A stretch of DNA of 64,000 nt, from the NCBI GenBank assembly GCA_963774805.1, contig CAVZGK010000001.1, positions 58,610-122,609 of the forward strand, in the 5' to 3' direction. A program made the translations under genes and the position numbers. The first letter of the stretch is position 1. Every line of letters starts with the position of its first letter. This document shows, piece by piece, positions 10,253 to 19,792 of this stretch. The stretch is from an uncultured Acidobacteriota bacterium. Lineage in GTDB: Bacteria > Acidobacteriota > Terriglobia > Acidiferrales > UBA7541. The notes under the pieces are model-generated. The model worked only from the letters and a program-made list of their open reading frames with translations. It was not told the origin of the DNA and made no database searches.

Positions 10253-10783
10253 ATGACCCCTCAATCAGCAACCGCACTACAGCCCGTAAAAACGTCCGCC
10301 GTTTCAAAAGCAACGGACGCCCAGCAGACATTTGACCGGATGCAACAGATCTATGACTCCATCGCGCGAAGAGCGTTCGAGATCTTTGAAGGCAACGGGC
10401 GCCCGATCGGACACGACTTGTCCGACTGGCTCCAGGCCGAATCCGAGATGCTCCGCCCGCTGCACCTGGCAATCGCGGAATCGGACGACGCATTGACCGT
10501 GACCGCCGAAGTTCCCGGCTTTTCGGCGAGCGAACTCGATGTTCATGTAGACGGAAATCGCCTCATTATTTCCGGCCAGCACATTTTCGACAACGAAACT
10601 ACCAGCGGCAGGACCGTGTACTCTGAACGATCCGCGACAGAGATTTTCCGCGCCCTGGATCTTCCGACCGACATCGATGGTTCGAAGGTCAGCGCCCTCG
10701 TCAAGGACGGCCTCCTTAAGGTCGAGCTCCCGAAGGCCTTGCATGGCAAGAGCGCGAAAGTGGAAGCTAACCCCGCCAACTGA
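10253..10783 (+). CDS. Hsp20/alpha-crystallin family small heat-shock protein
   Basis: AAGGAG RBS before the ATG at 10253. The alpha-crystallin core is LTVTAEVPGFSASELDVHVDGNRLIISGQH...GLLKVELPK. Confidence 0.85.
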   Translation: MTPQSATALQPVKTSAVSKATDAQQTFDRMQQIYDSIARRAFEIFEGNGRPIGHDLSDWLQAESEMLRPLHLAIAESDDALTVTAEVPGFSASELDVHVDGNRLIISGQHIFDNETTSGRTVYSERSATEIFRALDLPTDIDGSKVSALVKDGLLKVELPKALHGKSAKVEANPAN

Positions 10784-10806
10784 CGGCAATTTGGCGAGAA
10801 TTTACG

Positions 10807-10849
10807 GAGGGCGTGCGGCGGTTGCGAGCGGCACGCCCTCTTCCTTTTC
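10807..10849 (+). terminator. Rho-independent terminator of hsp20
   Basis: GAGGGCGTGC ... GCACGCCCTC gives a 10-bp stem, followed by TTCCTTTTC. Confidence 0.7.
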
Positions 10850-11101
10850 GGCGTAAGGCGTCGATCCAGGAAAATTGCGAATTTCAATTCGGCTGCCCGA
10901 TTCCAATTGCAGGCGCGGTGCGGAACCGCTTCTCCGGTACGGGAATCTCGTAATTTGACGGGTCTGGTGATAACTTGAGTGGCTTCAAACCACGAAAGGC
11001 GCCAGACGTGAATGTTCCGCGGCAGTGATGGGACCGGGAAGTTGAACGCACGTCTCCGCGCATGCCTGCGCGAACCCCGGATTTCCTCAAGCTTTTTTCG
11101 A

Positions 11102-11794
11102 ATGGCCGCGTTCGCGTTCGCGGCGTGGCTCCTTGCTACAAGCGTTTCCGTTCGTGGAGGATCAGCGGGCGTCTCCGCGGATCGTCCGCGGGATTTCTCC
11201 GGCGTGTGGATGGAGCGGCAGAACGCCATCACTTTCAGTTCCGCCGAGCCGCCTTTCCTTCCGTGGGCCGCGCAGCGCTTCAAAAACGTCAAATCCGGCT
11301 ACGGCCCGCGCGCTACTCCTGATTCCGAAGACCCGATTTTGAATTGCCTGCCTCCGGGAGTGCCCCGCATCTTGCTGATTCCTTTTCCGATGGAGATCGT
11401 TCAGACGCCGGGCGAATTGGTGATGCTGTTTGAGTACGATCACAACGTGCGCCACATTTATCTGAATCGCCATGAACACCCCCAGGAATTGGATCTGACC
11501 TGGATGGGCGATTCCATCGGCCGGTGGGAAGACGACACTCTGGTGATCGACACGACAGGATTAAATGACCGGACCTGGCTGGATCAAGTCGGGCATCCTC
11601 ATTCGGATGCCCTGCACGTGATCGAGCGAATTCGAAAAGTTGACCGCGACACGCTGCAGGATGATGTGACGATCGACGATCCGAAGGCCTACGCAAAAAC
11701 CTGGAGCGGCCAGCAAATTTTCAAGCGCAGGCCCACCTGGCACCTGCTGGAATATGTTTGCGCAGATGAACGCTCGGGCTCACGGAAAAAATAG
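11102..11794 (+). CDS. Secreted uncharacterised protein ('X family', paralog of 23299..24102)
   Basis: Signal peptide MAAFAFAAWLLATSVSV. It shares about 50% identity by eye with 23299..24102. Shared blocks: DPIL(N/K)C.PPGVPR, (M/L)(L/I)FEYDH.VR.I, TWMGDSIG(R/K)W(E/D)(D/G)DTLV(I/V)DT, GHPHS..LHVIERIR, DDPKAY(A/T)K(T/P)W, VC.D. Confidence 0.7.
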   Translation: MAAFAFAAWLLATSVSVRGGSAGVSADRPRDFSGVWMERQNAITFSSAEPPFLPWAAQRFKNVKSGYGPRATPDSEDPILNCLPPGVPRILLIPFPMEIVQTPGELVMLFEYDHNVRHIYLNRHEHPQELDLTWMGDSIGRWEDDTLVIDTTGLNDRTWLDQVGHPHSDALHVIERIRKVDRDTLQDDVTIDDPKAYAKTWSGQQIFKRRPTWHLLEYVCADERSGSRKK

Positions 11795-11854
11795 TTCGCG
11801 CGCGGCGCGGTCGTTCGCCAAACCGATCAGCGCACGACGCGCGGCAGAAAACAC

Positions 11855-13615
11855 ATGAAGTGGCATTCCAGATTCGGTGCTGAGCTGATCGCGATTATCG
11901 CGATGATCGTGGTCGTGTTTATACTCGCGGTCTATCAATACCGCTGGACCGGCGAGATCAGCCGAACCGAGCAGGCGCGCCTGAAAAATTCCCTGGCAAC
12001 CAGCGTGCGCAATTTCGATCAGGAATTTTCCTACGACTTTCAGCAGCTGTGCGCCAGCTTGGAACTTGACCCGGAAACGAAACCTTCGGATCTTGAGGCG
12101 CACGCGTCGCGCCAACTCGCCGGCTGGCAGCGCACCGGCGCCCACGCCCCACTCGTCTCAGGCCTTTGGATTTGGAAAGGCTCGCCGACCCCGGAGGCAA
12201 TCGAATCGTTGAGCAGGAACGATCCCGAATTTCGCCCCGCATTGTGGCCATCTGAACTGGAATCGCTGCGTGGACCGATCCATCATCAACTGCAGCAGGC
12301 AGAACTCGTCAGCAGCGATCGTGAAGCCCTCTACTACGCATGGACCTTCTACAGCGATGGGCCGGCACTCGTTCGTCCCATCTTCCGAATTGTGCCGGGG
12401 GAGCGTAGATCCGGCCAGGCGGTTTCGCCAATTGGAATGCTGATCGTAAAACTGAACAGCGAATATTTGGCGAGCCACTACCTTCCCGATCTTGTGGATC
12501 GGCAATTCGGCGCCGCCGGCCAGAGAAGCTTCGTGGTAGCCGTGCGAACTTCGCAGCCGCCGTACCGCACCGTCTATATTTCCGATACGAATTTTTCACT
12601 CGCCGCGGGTTCTTCCGACGCCACGGTCAACCTCTTCGATCTCGTCGGGGAAGAGTCCCGGCGCCGCGGCCATGCTCCACTGCAGTCCAGCGCTCCCGGA
12701 GAACAATGGCAATTGATCGCGCAGCATCCCTCGGGATCCCTCGAGGAGGCGGTGGCGTCATGGCGGCGCCGTAATCTGGCCATCAGTTTGGGCTTGCTGG
12801 TGGTGCTCGCCGCCAGCATGGCGCTGATCTTCACCAGCGCTCGCCGTTCGCGTGCGCTGGCGCGCATGCAGATGGAATTTGTAGCGGGCGTCTCCCACGA
12901 GCTTTGCACGCCGCTGGCTGTGATCAACACGGCGGCGGATAACCTGGCCGATGGCGTCGTGGAAAACGCGGTGCAGATGCAGGAATACGGCAGCTTGATT
13001 CGCGGGCAGGGACGCCGGCTCGAACGTCTGGTCGACGAAGTGCTTCTCTTTACAGCCGGAAGGTTCGGCCTTTCCGGCTACAGGCTGGAACGGGTGGAAG
13101 TGGCCGAAATTATCGCCCAGGGCCTGGCGACATCCGAATCCAACCTGCGCGAGGCAGGGTTCGAATGGACGAAATCGATTGAAGACAATTTGCCGCCGAT
13201 TGTGGCTGACGCTTCCGCGGTGATCACCTGCATCGAAAATGTTGTGAGCAACGCCATTAAGTATTCGAACTCGAACAAGTGGCTGGCCATTCGGGCGACC
13301 GCAGCTTCTTCGGAATCGAAAATGGAAGTCCGAATCAGTGTTGCAGACAAGGGAATCGGGATTGCTCCGGAAGACCTCCCGCACATTTTCGAACCGTTTT
13401 ACCGCGTTCCCTCGGTTCGCGATCACCAGATTCGCGGCGTTGGCCTGGGACTGTACCTTGTGAAACGCATGATGGAAGAAATGGGCGGCCGTGTGAGCGT
13501 CACCAGCGAGCTGGGCCGCGGCACGACTGTCGTGCTGCATTTTGTGGCTGCCGGGAACGCTGAACAGTCTTCAGCGGAACCGCTTCCCGAAGTCCAGGAT
13601 TCACGGAAAACATGA
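11855..13615 (+). CDS. Two-component sensor histidine kinase with a large periplasmic/extracytoplasmic sensor region
   Basis: 586 aa with two TM segments. H-box FVAGVSHELCTPLAV; HATPase motifs NAIKYS, DKGIGI, GVGLGLYLV. Confidence 0.9.
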   Translation: MKWHSRFGAELIAIIAMIVVVFILAVYQYRWTGEISRTEQARLKNSLATSVRNFDQEFSYDFQQLCASLELDPETKPSDLEAHASRQLAGWQRTGAHAPLVSGLWIWKGSPTPEAIESLSRNDPEFRPALWPSELESLRGPIHHQLQQAELVSSDREALYYAWTFYSDGPALVRPIFRIVPGERRSGQAVSPIGMLIVKLNSEYLASHYLPDLVDRQFGAAGQRSFVVAVRTSQPPYRTVYISDTNFSLAAGSSDATVNLFDLVGEESRRRGHAPLQSSAPGEQWQLIAQHPSGSLEEAVASWRRRNLAISLGLLVVLAASMALIFTSARRSRALARMQMEFVAGVSHELCTPLAVINTAADNLADGVVENAVQMQEYGSLIRGQGRRLERLVDEVLLFTAGRFGLSGYRLERVEVAEIIAQGLATSESNLREAGFEWTKSIEDNLPPIVADASAVITCIENVVSNAIKYSNSNKWLAIRATAASSESKMEVRISVADKGIGIAPEDLPHIFEPFYRVPSVRDHQIRGVGLGLYLVKRMMEEMGGRVSVTSELGRGTTVVLHFVAAGNAEQSSAEPLPEVQDSRKT

Positions 13616-14319
13616 GCGCAAAAATTCTGATCGTCGAAGACGAACCGGGCCTGGTGACCACGCTGCGCGACCGTTTGCGCAAGCAGGGCTACAGTGTGAG
13701 CGTGGCGCGCGACGGCGACACGGGGCTTGCGATGGCGTTGCAAGAGCCGATGGACCTGATTTTGCTGGACCTCATGCTGCCCGGGCAATCGGGCCTGGCG
13801 GTGTGCCAGAAACTGCGCAAGGCGGGATCGACCACGCCGATCCTGATGCTCACCGCGCGGCGGCAGACGAAGGACAAAGTCTCGGGATTAAAAGCCGGCG
13901 GCGACGATTATCTGACCAAGCCGTTTCAGATGCCGGAGCTGCTGGCCAGGGTCCAAGCGCTGTTGCGTCGCGCGGCGACTCCACCCGAGCCGCAGTCGGC
14001 GCGATACCGTTTTGGCGTGGTGGCGATCGATACGCGAAGCACGGAGGTCACGCGAGACGGCCGCGTGGTTCCGATGTCCGCCAAGGAATTCCAGTTGCTC
14101 CGCTATTTTGCGGAGCATCCGAATGTAACGCTCTCGCGCGAAGAATTGCTGCGCGAAGTGTGGGGCTACGGCGTGCATACGCCAAGCCGCACCGTCGACG
14201 TGCACGTGGCATGGCTCAGGCAGAAGCTCGAAGAAGACCTGAAAACCCCGCAGTTGATCGTTACCGTGGTTGGATTCGGTTACAAATTCGCAGCGGAAAG
14301 AAATTTTCTTCCCCAGTGA
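13612..14319 (+). CDS. OmpR/PhoB-family response regulator
   Basis: ATGA overlap with the kinase stop. Receiver motifs ILIVEDEP...DLILLDLMLPG...KAGGDDYLTKPF, and a winged-helix C-terminus (RTVDVHVAWLRQKLE...VVGFGYKF). Confidence 0.9.
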   Translation: MSAKILIVEDEPGLVTTLRDRLRKQGYSVSVARDGDTGLAMALQEPMDLILLDLMLPGQSGLAVCQKLRKAGSTTPILMLTARRQTKDKVSGLKAGGDDYLTKPFQMPELLARVQALLRRAATPPEPQSARYRFGVVAIDTRSTEVTRDGRVVPMSAKEFQLLRYFAEHPNVTLSREELLREVWGYGVHTPSRTVDVHVAWLRQKLEEDLKTPQLIVTVVGFGYKFAAERNFLPQ

Positions 14320-14477
14320 GTCTGAGCGCCCTCACCGGCCGCCGCCACAGTGATCCGCAGGTTTAACTCCGATTTAACGCCGCAATGCCCCTTCTTCGCC
14401 GGATAATAGGGCAGGTCCTTTCCAATCACAGGCAGTGCCGATTCGAATTGGCGGGCACGCACCCGCGGAGGCTAGAG

Positions 14478-14873
14478 ATGCGGTTCAATAATTTTTCTGC
14501 GATGGTGGCTGGGATCGTATTGTTCGGTGCGTCGGTTTACCCGGCATTCGCGCATCATGGCCAGGCCAGCTTTGACGAGACGAAGGTTGTCACCATCATG
14601 GGGACCGTCGATTCGTTTGAGTTCAACAATCCCCACGCCATGCTGGTGATCGCCGTCAAAGGCGAAAAGAACACCACGCAAAAATGGTTCGGAGAAGGCA
14701 CCAGCCCCAATATGCTGGTGCGCGAAGGCTGGGACCGCAAAACCGTGAAACCCGGCGATCCGATCACGGCCACCGGGCATCCGGCTCGCAATGGCTCGTT
14801 CTCCATGCGCATCGAGAAAGTCGTTTTGCCGAATGGCAGGGAACTGACGTTTGAAGGCCCCGGGGGAACATAG
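14478..14873 (+). CDS. Small secreted 'HHG' protein a (resembles DUF6152-type proteins)
   Basis: GGAGG RBS. Signal peptide ...VYPAFA then HHGQASFDETK...GTV..FEFNNPH...GW..KTVKPGD...PARNG. Paralogs at 15592 and 24125. I chose the start at 14478 rather than the ORF-track start at 14385. Confidence 0.75.
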   Translation: MRFNNFSAMVAGIVLFGASVYPAFAHHGQASFDETKVVTIMGTVDSFEFNNPHAMLVIAVKGEKNTTQKWFGEGTSPNMLVREGWDRKTVKPGDPITATGHPARNGSFSMRIEKVVLPNGRELTFEGPGGT

Positions 14874-14989
14874 CGGCAGGGAAGAGGCGCATTCATTGGA
14901 AAGTGATTCGTACGGATTTTCATTGGATCTGCGTTTTCGCACGGCAATTACTGCCGCAATTTTAACGAAGCGTCGAAAGGCTTGAGGAC

Positions 14990-15481
14990 ATGCATTTAAT
15001 CAGTGTGATTTGCCAGTGGCTGGAACAGACCGGAGTGGGCACTTCCATCCGGGAATCGTTGTGGCTGTTTCCGATCATTGAGACCGTGCACATTTTCGGC
15101 ATCATTCTCCTGGTGGGCGCAACATCCATCCTTGACCTGCGGCTGATGGGGCTCACGTTCCGCGACGAATCCGTTTCCAAACTCGCGGAGCGCTTCATTC
15201 CCTGGGCTCTCGTCGGGTTCATCATTCAAGTGGTTACGGGGTTTCTCCTGTTTTCGTCCGAGGCGACCAAGATGTACGTCAATCTCGGGTTCCAGGTCAA
15301 GATGGTGCTGATCGTCATCGCCGGGATGAACGCGCTCATCTTCCACGCTGTTGCGTATAAAAGCGTCGGGACATGGGAGAACGATCGAGTGGGACCGCTC
15401 TCGGCCCGCGCGGCAGGATTGATTTCCATCCTGTTGTGGTTCGGGATCGTTGCGGCGGGACGCTGGATTGCTTACGTCTGA
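14990..15481 (+). CDS. Four-TM integral membrane protein (resembles DUF6644-type proteins)
   Basis: 163 aa with four hydrophobic spans. N-terminus ...IRESLWLFPIIETVHIFGIILLVG. It is sandwiched between two HHG genes. Confidence 0.7.
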   Translation: MHLISVICQWLEQTGVGTSIRESLWLFPIIETVHIFGIILLVGATSILDLRLMGLTFRDESVSKLAERFIPWALVGFIIQVVTGFLLFSSEATKMYVNLGFQVKMVLIVIAGMNALIFHAVAYKSVGTWENDRVGPLSARAAGLISILLWFGIVAAGRWIAYV

Positions 15482-15591
15482 TCCCGCTGGTACGGAATTA
15501 CTTTGAGAATTTCCGCCGCTATTTGTGGCGCGGTGTGCGAGCGATCGCTGCGCCGCGGTGAAGCGACGCCTGACCGCTGCCGAGGTGTGAC

Positions 15592-15984
15592 ATGAACCGT
15601 CGGACTTTCCTTTCGCCAGTTGCCGCCGCGGTTTTTTTTCTGGCGGCCACATCGATTTCCGCGCACCACGGCAATACGAACTACGACATGGCCAAAACGA
15701 TCGTCCTTGTCGGAACGGTTACGGACTTCGAATGGGCCAATCCCCATTGCCTGGCGCACGTGGACGTTGCCGACGACGCGGGAGCCATCCGGCACTGGAC
15801 GCTGGAAATGAATTCCACGATTGCGATGTCTCGCCGCGGATGGAATAAGGACACGTTGAAACGCGGAGACCGAGTCACCGTGGAGACGCACCCCGCGCGC
15901 AATGGCGTCTCCATGGGCATTACTTCCGGTCCGGGATTCGCATTAAAGGTCGCGGTGAATGGCAAAGAGCTTCCTGGGCTTTAG
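15592..15984 (+). CDS. Small secreted 'HHG' protein b (DUF6152-like)
   Basis: GAGGTG RBS. Signal peptide ...ATSISA then HHGNTNYDMAK...GTV.DFEWANPH...GW.KDTLKRGD...PARNG. Confidence 0.75.
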   Translation: MNRRTFLSPVAAAVFFLAATSISAHHGNTNYDMAKTIVLVGTVTDFEWANPHCLAHVDVADDAGAIRHWTLEMNSTIAMSRRGWNKDTLKRGDRVTVETHPARNGVSMGITSGPGFALKVAVNGKELPGL

Positions 15985-16091
15985 AGAAGCGCGAGCGAGT
16001 TTGCGGCGAACCCGGGGATGCGAGCTCCAGGCAATCCCAAACAGAATGGAAACGAATGCCCGTCCATCGAACTGAATCGGAGATTGTCTGA

Positions 16092-19000
16092 ATGATTCGG
16101 AATCTGTTTGCGGCGCGGCGCAGCTGGCATTTATTGATGCTGGTAATGTTATCCGGAATTTGCGTTCCGTGCGCGCTCTTGGCGGACACGGTCGGAAGCA
16201 TTTCCGGGACGCTGACCGATCAGTCCGGCGCCGTGATTCTGGACGCGACGGTCACTGCGCTCAATCTGGATACGGCTGTTCAACAGACCACGAAAACGAA
16301 CGGCAACGGCTTTTACAATTTCACGACGCTTCCCGTGGGCCGTTACGAAATTGAAGTGATTCGCGAGGGCTTCGAGCCCTACAAGCGCACCGGCCTGGTG
16401 GTGGACGTAAATTCGCAGCTGCGCGCGGACGTGACGCTCTCGATGGGCGGCCAGTCGGAAGAAGTGATCGTGTCCGAGGCCGGAGTGCACATCGAGACGC
16501 AGAGCACGCAAGTGGGAGAAGTGGTCACGGGAGACGTCATGACCGGCGTGGCGCTCAACGGCCGCAGCTTCACGGACTTGATGTCTCTGCAGCCGGGCAT
16601 CGTGCCGGTATCCACGCAAACGCCGGACTCCGTCGTGATGGCCGGGGCCTCGGTGGCGATCGCTCCGTCTGGCGGACTAAATCCCGGAAACCAGTCGATC
16701 TCCGGGCAGCGCGAGGATGCCAACGGATTTCTGGTCAACGGCGGCGACGTCAAGGAATTGATGAACGGCGGCACGCTGATCGTGCCGAATCTTGACTCCA
16801 TCGCCGAGTTCCGCATCCTCACCAATAATTTCGACGCCGAATACGGAAATTATTCCGGCGGAATCGTGAACGTGGTCACCAAATCCGGCACCAACCAACT
16901 GCACGGCAGCGCGTTCGATTTTTTGCGCAACACGGCGCTGGACGCCAAGAATTTTTTCGATCCCGTGGTCGGCACGTACCGGCAGAATCAGTTCGGAGCC
17001 ACCGTCGGCGCCCCCATTCGAAAGAATAAATTATTTCTCTTCGCCGACTACCAGGGAACACGCACCACGCAGGGTATTTCCACGGGGCAGATTCCGGTTC
17101 CGACGCTGGCCGACCGCTCCGGGAACTTGCTGGGCGATGCGGAACTGTTCGAAACGGGCTGCAACGGCGGGCCGTGCACAGTGTCCTCGTGCAATGTGGT
17201 CAGCACCTGCCTCGCGACGCAGCTGTCCAACAGCCTTTCGAACGCGGTTGGGCAGGCAGTCACCGTCTCACCGGGCGAGCCGTATTACACGGCGGGCTGC
17301 ACGACGTACGCGCAGTGCGTTTTTCCGAATGGCGTATTTCCGATGGACGCGTGGTCGGCTCCGGCGCAGCACCTGCTGCAATATATTCCCTCGCCGAATG
17401 TTGGCAGCGCAGTGTTTTCCAGCGGCTCGGAGTCCGAACGCGTGCGCGATGACAAAGGCAGCATTCGCGTCGACTTCGCCGCGACGCGCTGGGGAGATCT
17501 CTCCGCCTACTATTTTTACGACAAGTTTTTCGTCAGCAACCCGTATCCCACCGGGCAGGGCGGAGCGTCTGTTCCCGGATTCGGCGGATTAAATTTGGGA
17601 ACGGCGCAGCTTCTCAATCTCGGGGACACCCGAACTTTCGGCTCCTCCCGCGTGAATGAATTCCATCTAAGCTTCATGCGCACCTACAACAACGTCGGCC
17701 AGCCCGCCGGCGGAGTGGGGCCGAGCCTGGCGTCGCAGGGATTTGTTACCGGCGTGGGTACGCAGGGCATCGTTCCGCTCGCTCCGTCGATTGAGGGAAT
17801 TGAAAATCTGGCGTTCAATTCCTTCGTCATGGGCACTCCCATCACCAATCTTACGCAGGTGAATGACACTTACACGGCCGGCGACGATTTTTCCATCGTT
17901 CTGGGCAAGCACACGCTGAAAGCCGGAATCCAGCTGGTTGTCGATCAGGTGAACGTGCATCCCAATCCCGAATTCAATGGCGGCTTTTCATTTAACGGCG
18001 GGCAGACCGGCTCGGATTTTGTGGATTTTCTGGTGGGGGCGCCGAATCTTTACAATCAGGCCGATTCTCAGGCTTTTTTCCCGCGCCACAAATATGCGGG
18101 CGTCTTCGCACAGGATAGCTGGCAGATCCGTTCGAACCTGACGCTGAACTATGGACTGCGCTGGGAAGTGATGCGCTACTGGTCTGAAAAATACAACCAG
18201 ATTCCCACGTTTCTTCCGGGGCAGCAGTCGCAAGTGTATCCGACGGCGCCGCCGAGCCTGGTCTATCCCACGGACCGCGGAGTGCCGGCCACGCTCGTCC
18301 CGCAAATGAATCGATTTTCGCCGCGATTGGGCGTGGCCTATTCTCCGCGGGTTTCCATCGGCTGGCTCGGCAAGATCGTGGGAGGCCCGGGGAAAACCAG
18401 CATTCGCGCGGGCTACGGAATTTATTATTCGGTGATTCAGGGCAATACCATTGCGTTCGATGAGCCGCAGCCGCCCTATGGTCTCAGCTACACCAGTCCA
18501 CTCGCGCCTCTTTTCGCCACGCCGTTTACGGCGGCCAGCGGTGAGACGGCCATCAACCCCTTTCCACTGGTGTTTCCGCCGCTGAATGCGACCATAACGC
18601 ATCCAAATCCGACCATTGATTACTCGCAATTTCCTTCCATCGCGGGAATGACCGCGCCGCCTCCCTCAAACACATATCCCTACACGGAAAATTACTTTCT
18701 TTCCGTTCAGCGGGAACTGAATGTGAATACCGTATTGAATCTGAGCTACGTCGGTTCGCAGGCTCATCATCTGCTGGTGGTCTACTCGGCCAATCCCGGA
18801 AATCCCGCGCTGTGCCTGTCTTTGCCGGGTTGCGGGCCGGGCGGAGAAAATTCTTCGTACGTGAATTCCTCAGGCCAGACCATTGCCTGTACGCGGCAGG
18901 GACTCGGCTGCGCCTTCGGAAATGATGATTACGAGGGCAGCATCGGCAATTCCAATTTCAATTCGTTTCAGGCCACGTTGCAGCACAGCACCAAGAGCCT

Positions 19001-19667
19001 GGACCTGATGATCGCCTACACCTACAGCAAATCGATCGACCAGGCTTCCAGCCTTGCGGACGTCGTTAATCCATTCAACTTTGCGCAGACGCGCGCACTC
19101 TCGGCATTCGATCTGAAGCACAATCTGGTCGTAACCTACGAATACACGCTGCCGCTCGAGCGTTTTCTGCACCGTTCCAACGGCTGGACGCAGGGCTGGA
19201 TCATCTCGGGCATCACCCGGGCCAGCAGCGGGCTGCCTGTAACTCTCTCCGTCTCCGGCGACAACTCCCTGCAGGGCAGCAATCCAAACGGCGTGAATGG
19301 ACGCTACTTCGATCTGCCCGACGTAGCCGCCGGTCCCCTGAATCTGAATTCCCATCCAGGAAGCGGACAGCCGTACTTTGACACTTCGCTGTTCTCGGTC
19401 AATGCGCTGGGCACGCCGGGCAATGCGTCGCGGCGTTATTTCTATGGTCCCGGTTCGTTGAATACGGATCTGGCCCTGTTGAAAAGCGTGGCCATCGCGG
19501 AGACCAAGTCGCTGCAGTTCCGCCTGGAAACTTTCAACGTCTTCAATCATCCGCAGTTCTTCGGCCCGCAAGCCGTGAACGGCAATATCTCCAGCCCGCT
19601 ATTCGGACAGATCGTGAAGGCCGCGCCGCCCCGCCTGATGCAGCTCGCCGTGAAATTCGCATTTTGA
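16092..19667 (+). CDS. TonB-dependent outer-membrane receptor with an N-terminal carboxypeptidase-regulatory-like domain
   Basis: 1191 aa with a signal peptide. N-terminus GSISGTLTDQSGAVILDATVTALN...GFYNFTTLPVGRYEI, then a plug region, a long beta-barrel and a C-terminal ...LAVKFAF aromatic terminus. Confidence 0.9.
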   Translation: MIRNLFAARRSWHLLMLVMLSGICVPCALLADTVGSISGTLTDQSGAVILDATVTALNLDTAVQQTTKTNGNGFYNFTTLPVGRYEIEVIREGFEPYKRTGLVVDVNSQLRADVTLSMGGQSEEVIVSEAGVHIETQSTQVGEVVTGDVMTGVALNGRSFTDLMSLQPGIVPVSTQTPDSVVMAGASVAIAPSGGLNPGNQSISGQREDANGFLVNGGDVKELMNGGTLIVPNLDSIAEFRILTNNFDAEYGNYSGGIVNVVTKSGTNQLHGSAFDFLRNTALDAKNFFDPVVGTYRQNQFGATVGAPIRKNKLFLFADYQGTRTTQGISTGQIPVPTLADRSGNLLGDAELFETGCNGGPCTVSSCNVVSTCLATQLSNSLSNAVGQAVTVSPGEPYYTAGCTTYAQCVFPNGVFPMDAWSAPAQHLLQYIPSPNVGSAVFSSGSESERVRDDKGSIRVDFAATRWGDLSAYYFYDKFFVSNPYPTGQGGASVPGFGGLNLGTAQLLNLGDTRTFGSSRVNEFHLSFMRTYNNVGQPAGGVGPSLASQGFVTGVGTQGIVPLAPSIEGIENLAFNSFVMGTPITNLTQVNDTYTAGDDFSIVLGKHTLKAGIQLVVDQVNVHPNPEFNGGFSFNGGQTGSDFVDFLVGAPNLYNQADSQAFFPRHKYAGVFAQDSWQIRSNLTLNYGLRWEVMRYWSEKYNQIPTFLPGQQSQVYPTAPPSLVYPTDRGVPATLVPQMNRFSPRLGVAYSPRVSIGWLGKIVGGPGKTSIRAGYGIYYSVIQGNTIAFDEPQPPYGLSYTSPLAPLFATPFTAASGETAINPFPLVFPPLNATITHPNPTIDYSQFPSIAGMTAPPPSNTYPYTENYFLSVQRELNVNTVLNLSYVGSQAHHLLVVYSANPGNPALCLSLPGCGPGGENSSYVNSSGQTIACTRQGLGCAFGNDDYEGSIGNSNFNSFQATLQHSTKSLDLMIAYTYSKSIDQASSLADVVNPFNFAQTRALSAFDLKHNLVVTYEYTLPLERFLHRSNGWTQGWIISGITRASSGLPVTLSVSGDNSLQGSNPNGVNGRYFDLPDVAAGPLNLNSHPGSGQPYFDTSLFSVNALGTPGNASRRYFYGPGSLNTDLALLKSVAIAETKSLQFRLETFNVFNHPQFFGPQAVNGNISSPLFGQIVKAAPPRLMQLAVKFAF

Positions 19668-19677
19668 AAATCTGTGG

Positions 19678-19701
19678 CGCCGGCTTCAGCCGGCGAATTT
19701 T
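19678..19701 (+). terminator. Rho-independent terminator of the TonB-dependent receptor gene
   Basis: CGCCGGC-TTCA-GCCGGCG stem-loop followed by AATTTT. Confidence 0.6.
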
Positions 19702-19792
19702 GCTATTCGACGGAAACAAAACACACAAAAAAAATCCGGACCGAGCGCTACATCGGCTCGATCCGAATTCAGTAATTGGCGGCTGGCTTGGG

